In this document: one piece after another, positions 35,881 to 38,216 of the stretch | Layout of the letters: each line of letters starts with the position of its first letter | Position numbering within the stretch: position 1 is the first letter of the stretch | Assembly (NCBI GenBank): GCA_918234285.1 | Contig: CAKJXZ020000007.1 | Span: forward strand, 1-38,216 | Reading direction: 5' to 3' | DNA length: 38,216 nucleotides | From: Pseudomonadota bacterium | GTDB lineage: Bacteria > Pseudomonadota > Alphaproteobacteria > RF32 > CAG-239 | Position numbers and translations under genes: made by a program | Notes under the pieces: model-generated | Seen by the model: the letters and a program-made list of their open reading frames with translations, nothing else | Databases searched by the model: none | Told to the model about the DNA's origin: nothing

Positions 35881-36486
35881 ATGTTTTACGAAAAAACCGA
35901 ATTGGCGGAAATTATATTAACCAGAACCTGCCATGACCTAATCGGCAATATCGGTACCTTGCAGAACGTATTGGAATTTATCGGTCCCGATGGTAATATG
36001 GACACCGAAACCCGTAAGCTCTTAGAAACAGCCTCATTCTTATTGAATGCGCGACAAAAATTCTTCCGCGTGGCATTCGGTATGACCACCGTAGCACACA
36101 GCACCGAAGAATTGAAAGAACTGTGTGAGCGCTATGTATCAACCGTAGGCACCCGTAATTATCCGATTGCCTTGGATTTTCAAGGTGTATCACCGCAACT
36201 GTCCAAAATGGTATGCCTGTGCGTAATGACTGCCGCCGATATCTTCATCAAAGGCGGTCAAATCAATATCGGAATTAACAAAGATAACATTACCGTTAAA
36301 GCAACCACCGATTACAAATTCCAAGAAGCGGAAATCAATGCTTATAAAACCGTAATCAGCGGGCAAAAACCGAACGACAACATTTCACAATATGCGCAAC
36401 TCATTTATTTGCGCGAACTTTTGGGCGAAGACGTACCGATGAAACTCGACGCTTCCGCCACCGAGTTTTCGCTTGTTATCGGTTAA
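35881..36486 (+). CDS. chpT: Histidine phosphotransferase ChpT (DUF2076/HPTransfase)
   Basis: LAEIILTRTCHDLIGNIG (phospho-acceptor His) and ARQKFFRVAFG; about 200 aa; AGGAG SD. Confidence 0.88.
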   Translation: MFYEKTELAEIILTRTCHDLIGNIGTLQNVLEFIGPDGNMDTETRKLLETASFLLNARQKFFRVAFGMTTVAHSTEELKELCERYVSTVGTRNYPIALDFQGVSPQLSKMVCLCVMTAADIFIKGGQINIGINKDNITVKATTDYKFQEAEINAYKTVISGQKPNDNISQYAQLIYLRELLGEDVPMKLDASATEFSLVIG

Positions 36487-36498
36487 TTCATTCCGTTT

Positions 36499-37920
36499 TT
36501 ATATCTCTACCGTATGCAACAAATTGGTCATTCCGGCTTCTCCAACCGGATATCCGGCGGTTACCACCAGATAATCGCCTTTTTTGCCGATTTTATTCTG
36601 CTTGGCGGCATCCAGTGCCGTTTCTCTTATGCGGTTAAAATCCTTAAACATTTCACCGCAAACGGTCGCTTTTACGCCCCAAACAATACCCAGACGCTGT
36701 GCCACAATCGGCGATGACGTAACCGAGAGAATCGGGGTTGTCGGCCGCTCACGTGCCATCGATAATGCCGTCAGACCCGAACTCGTATAAGTTACCACAC
36801 CGGCAATATTCGGCAAAATTTGCGACATTTCCGCCGCGGCATAAGTAATGGCATCAGCCACATCGTCGCAATCCGATAAATCCAAATCCCGTTGCAAATG
36901 AGAATAATATCCTTCGCCTTCTTCCACCTGCTTGATAATCTGGTGCATCATTTCTACCGCCTCGGCCGGATAATTTCCCGCGGCCGTTTCTGCCGACAGC
37001 ATTACGGCATCGGCGCCGTCATATACTGCGGTTGCCACATCCGAAACCTCAGCTCTGGTCGGGGTCGGATTCACAATCATCGATTCTAACATTTGCGTTG
37101 CCACAATCACCGGACGCGCATATTTACGGCAAGCCTTAACAATGCGTTTTTGCAACACCGGCACCGTCTGAATCGGGCACTCAACCCCCAAATCGCCACG
37201 CGCCACCATAATTCCGTCGGATTCTTTAATAATGTCATCCAGTTCTTCAATCGCACTCGGTTTTTCGAGTTTAGAAATAATCCACGCTTTTTTGCCGATT
37301 AATTTGCGCGCCATCCGTACATCGGAAATACTTTGCACAAACGACAGACAAACCCAGTCAACTCCCTGTTCCAACGCAAACTTCAAATCGTTTTTATCCT
37401 TGGCGGTAATGGCATCAATCGGTAGCTTGACATTCGGTAAATTAACTCCCTTATGCGCCGATAAAACACCTCCGGTTTTAACTTTGGTTTGCGCCACGCA
37501 ATTTTTGTTTGCAATCACTTCAAGCTCGATATTGCCATCGTTGAGCAACAATTTATCGCCGGCTTTCAGCACCGCAAAAATTTCTTTATGCGGCAAAGTA
37601 ACACGGGTTTCATCGCCGGCTTCGTCTTTCATATCCAGCGTGAACGTCTGCCCCTTTTTCAGGGTAACTTTTCCGTCTTTAAATGTCCCGACACGCAATT
37701 TCGGCCCTTGTAAATCGGCAATAACCGTCAGATGTCTTTTATATTTTTCGCTCAAATCGCGAACCGTTTGCAAGCGTTCGGCATGCTCTTCGTGAGTGCC
37801 GTGGCTGAAATTGAAACGAAAAGCATCAACCCCGGCTTTAACCAACTTTTCAATCATAACTTTGGAAGCGGTAGAAGGTCCGATGGTTGCTAAAATTTTA
37901 GTGTGCGTATCTATTGGCAT
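36499..37920 (-). CDS. pyk: Pyruvate kinase
   Basis: TKILATIGP, RFNFSHG, DLQGPKLR, DGIMVARGDLGVE, ATQMLESM, DAVMLSAETA. Confidence 0.98.
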   Translation of the reverse strand: MPIDTHTKILATIGPSTASKVMIEKLVKAGVDAFRFNFSHGTHEEHAERLQTVRDLSEKYKRHLTVIADLQGPKLRVGTFKDGKVTLKKGQTFTLDMKDEAGDETRVTLPHKEIFAVLKAGDKLLLNDGNIELEVIANKNCVAQTKVKTGGVLSAHKGVNLPNVKLPIDAITAKDKNDLKFALEQGVDWVCLSFVQSISDVRMARKLIGKKAWIISKLEKPSAIEELDDIIKESDGIMVARGDLGVECPIQTVPVLQKRIVKACRKYARPVIVATQMLESMIVNPTPTRAEVSDVATAVYDGADAVMLSAETAAGNYPAEAVEMMHQIIKQVEEGEGYYSHLQRDLDLSDCDDVADAITYAAAEMSQILPNIAGVVTYTSSGLTALSMARERPTTPILSVTSSPIVAQRLGIVWGVKATVCGEMFKDFNRIRETALDAAKQNKIGKKGDYLVVTAGYPVGEAGMTNLLHTVEI

Positions 37921-38028
37921 GGAAAATTCCTCTTTTATAAGTTTAACTTGCTTATATTTTATAAAGCAAAAGTTCTTAATTTCAAGTTTTACTTTAATAA
38001 TATGATATGTTTATCTTTTGCCGCGATA

Positions 38029-38216
38029 CGGAGAATGCGGTAAATACGAAGGATGATTTTTTCGCCGTAAACAATACAGCAACTAAAAATCCGGAGAATG
38101 TGGTAAATACGAAGGATGATTTTTTCGCCGTAAACAATACAGCAACTAAAAATCCGGAGAATGTGGTAAATACGAAGGAGGATTTTTTCGCCGTAAACAA
38201 TACAGCAACTAAAAAT
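38029..38216. repeat. 63-bp tandem repeat, at least 3 near-identical copies, running off the right edge
   Basis: Units start at 38029, 38092 and 38155 (CGGAGAATGYGGTAAATACGAAGGAKGATTTTTTCGCCGTAAACAATACAGCAACTAAAAATC); only 2 variable positions. Confidence 0.97.

Noticed and set aside
37994-38200. 68-aa minus-strand ORF in the repeat array as a real gene
   Set aside because: It is open only because the 63-bp unit lacks stops in that frame; there is no independent coding evidence and other frames are equally open.
38029-38216. CRISPR array at the right edge
   Set aside because: Units are near-identical over their full length, with no repeat-spacer alternation.

Overview
Mostly housekeeping chromosomal DNA from an alphaproteobacterium (inferred from chpT, CtrA-type boxes and the hpnC/hpnD-like pair; the clostridial-type 2[4Fe-4S] ferredoxin would fit an anaerobe). 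Recognisable genes: lon, fabI, YihY, ferredoxin, a TrmN6/YfiC-type methyltransferase, a TetR-MFP-RND efflux operon running into rsmB, nitroreductase, pth, a short rplY, a 5'-nucleotidase-like protein, two squalene/phytoene-synthase-like genes, trmFO, chpT and pyk, interspersed with orphan ORFs. I saw no rRNA, tRNA, CRISPR array, transposase, integrase or reverse transcriptase. The main oddities are: (1) both window ends are 63-bp-period tandem repeats, and the left one encodes a 21-aa leucine-rich-repeat (LRR) reading frame, missed by the ORF track, that starts just after the lon terminator with no credible start or promoter, possibly a silent or truncated LRR cassette; (2) four intact genes whose catalytic motifs are eroded (HpnC-like, HpnD-like, MraY/WecA-like, and a 5'-nucleotidase with GNND); (3) exact CtrA-type TTAA-N7-TTAA boxes in front of the chpT operon and a lipoprotein operon; (4) an orphan gene with structured 5' and 3' flanks that shares a 12-bp promoter element with a nearby orphan; (5) a permuted papain-fold enzyme; (6) a single-domain L25 with a hairpin leader. 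Family assignments come from recognising motifs by eye, not from database searches.
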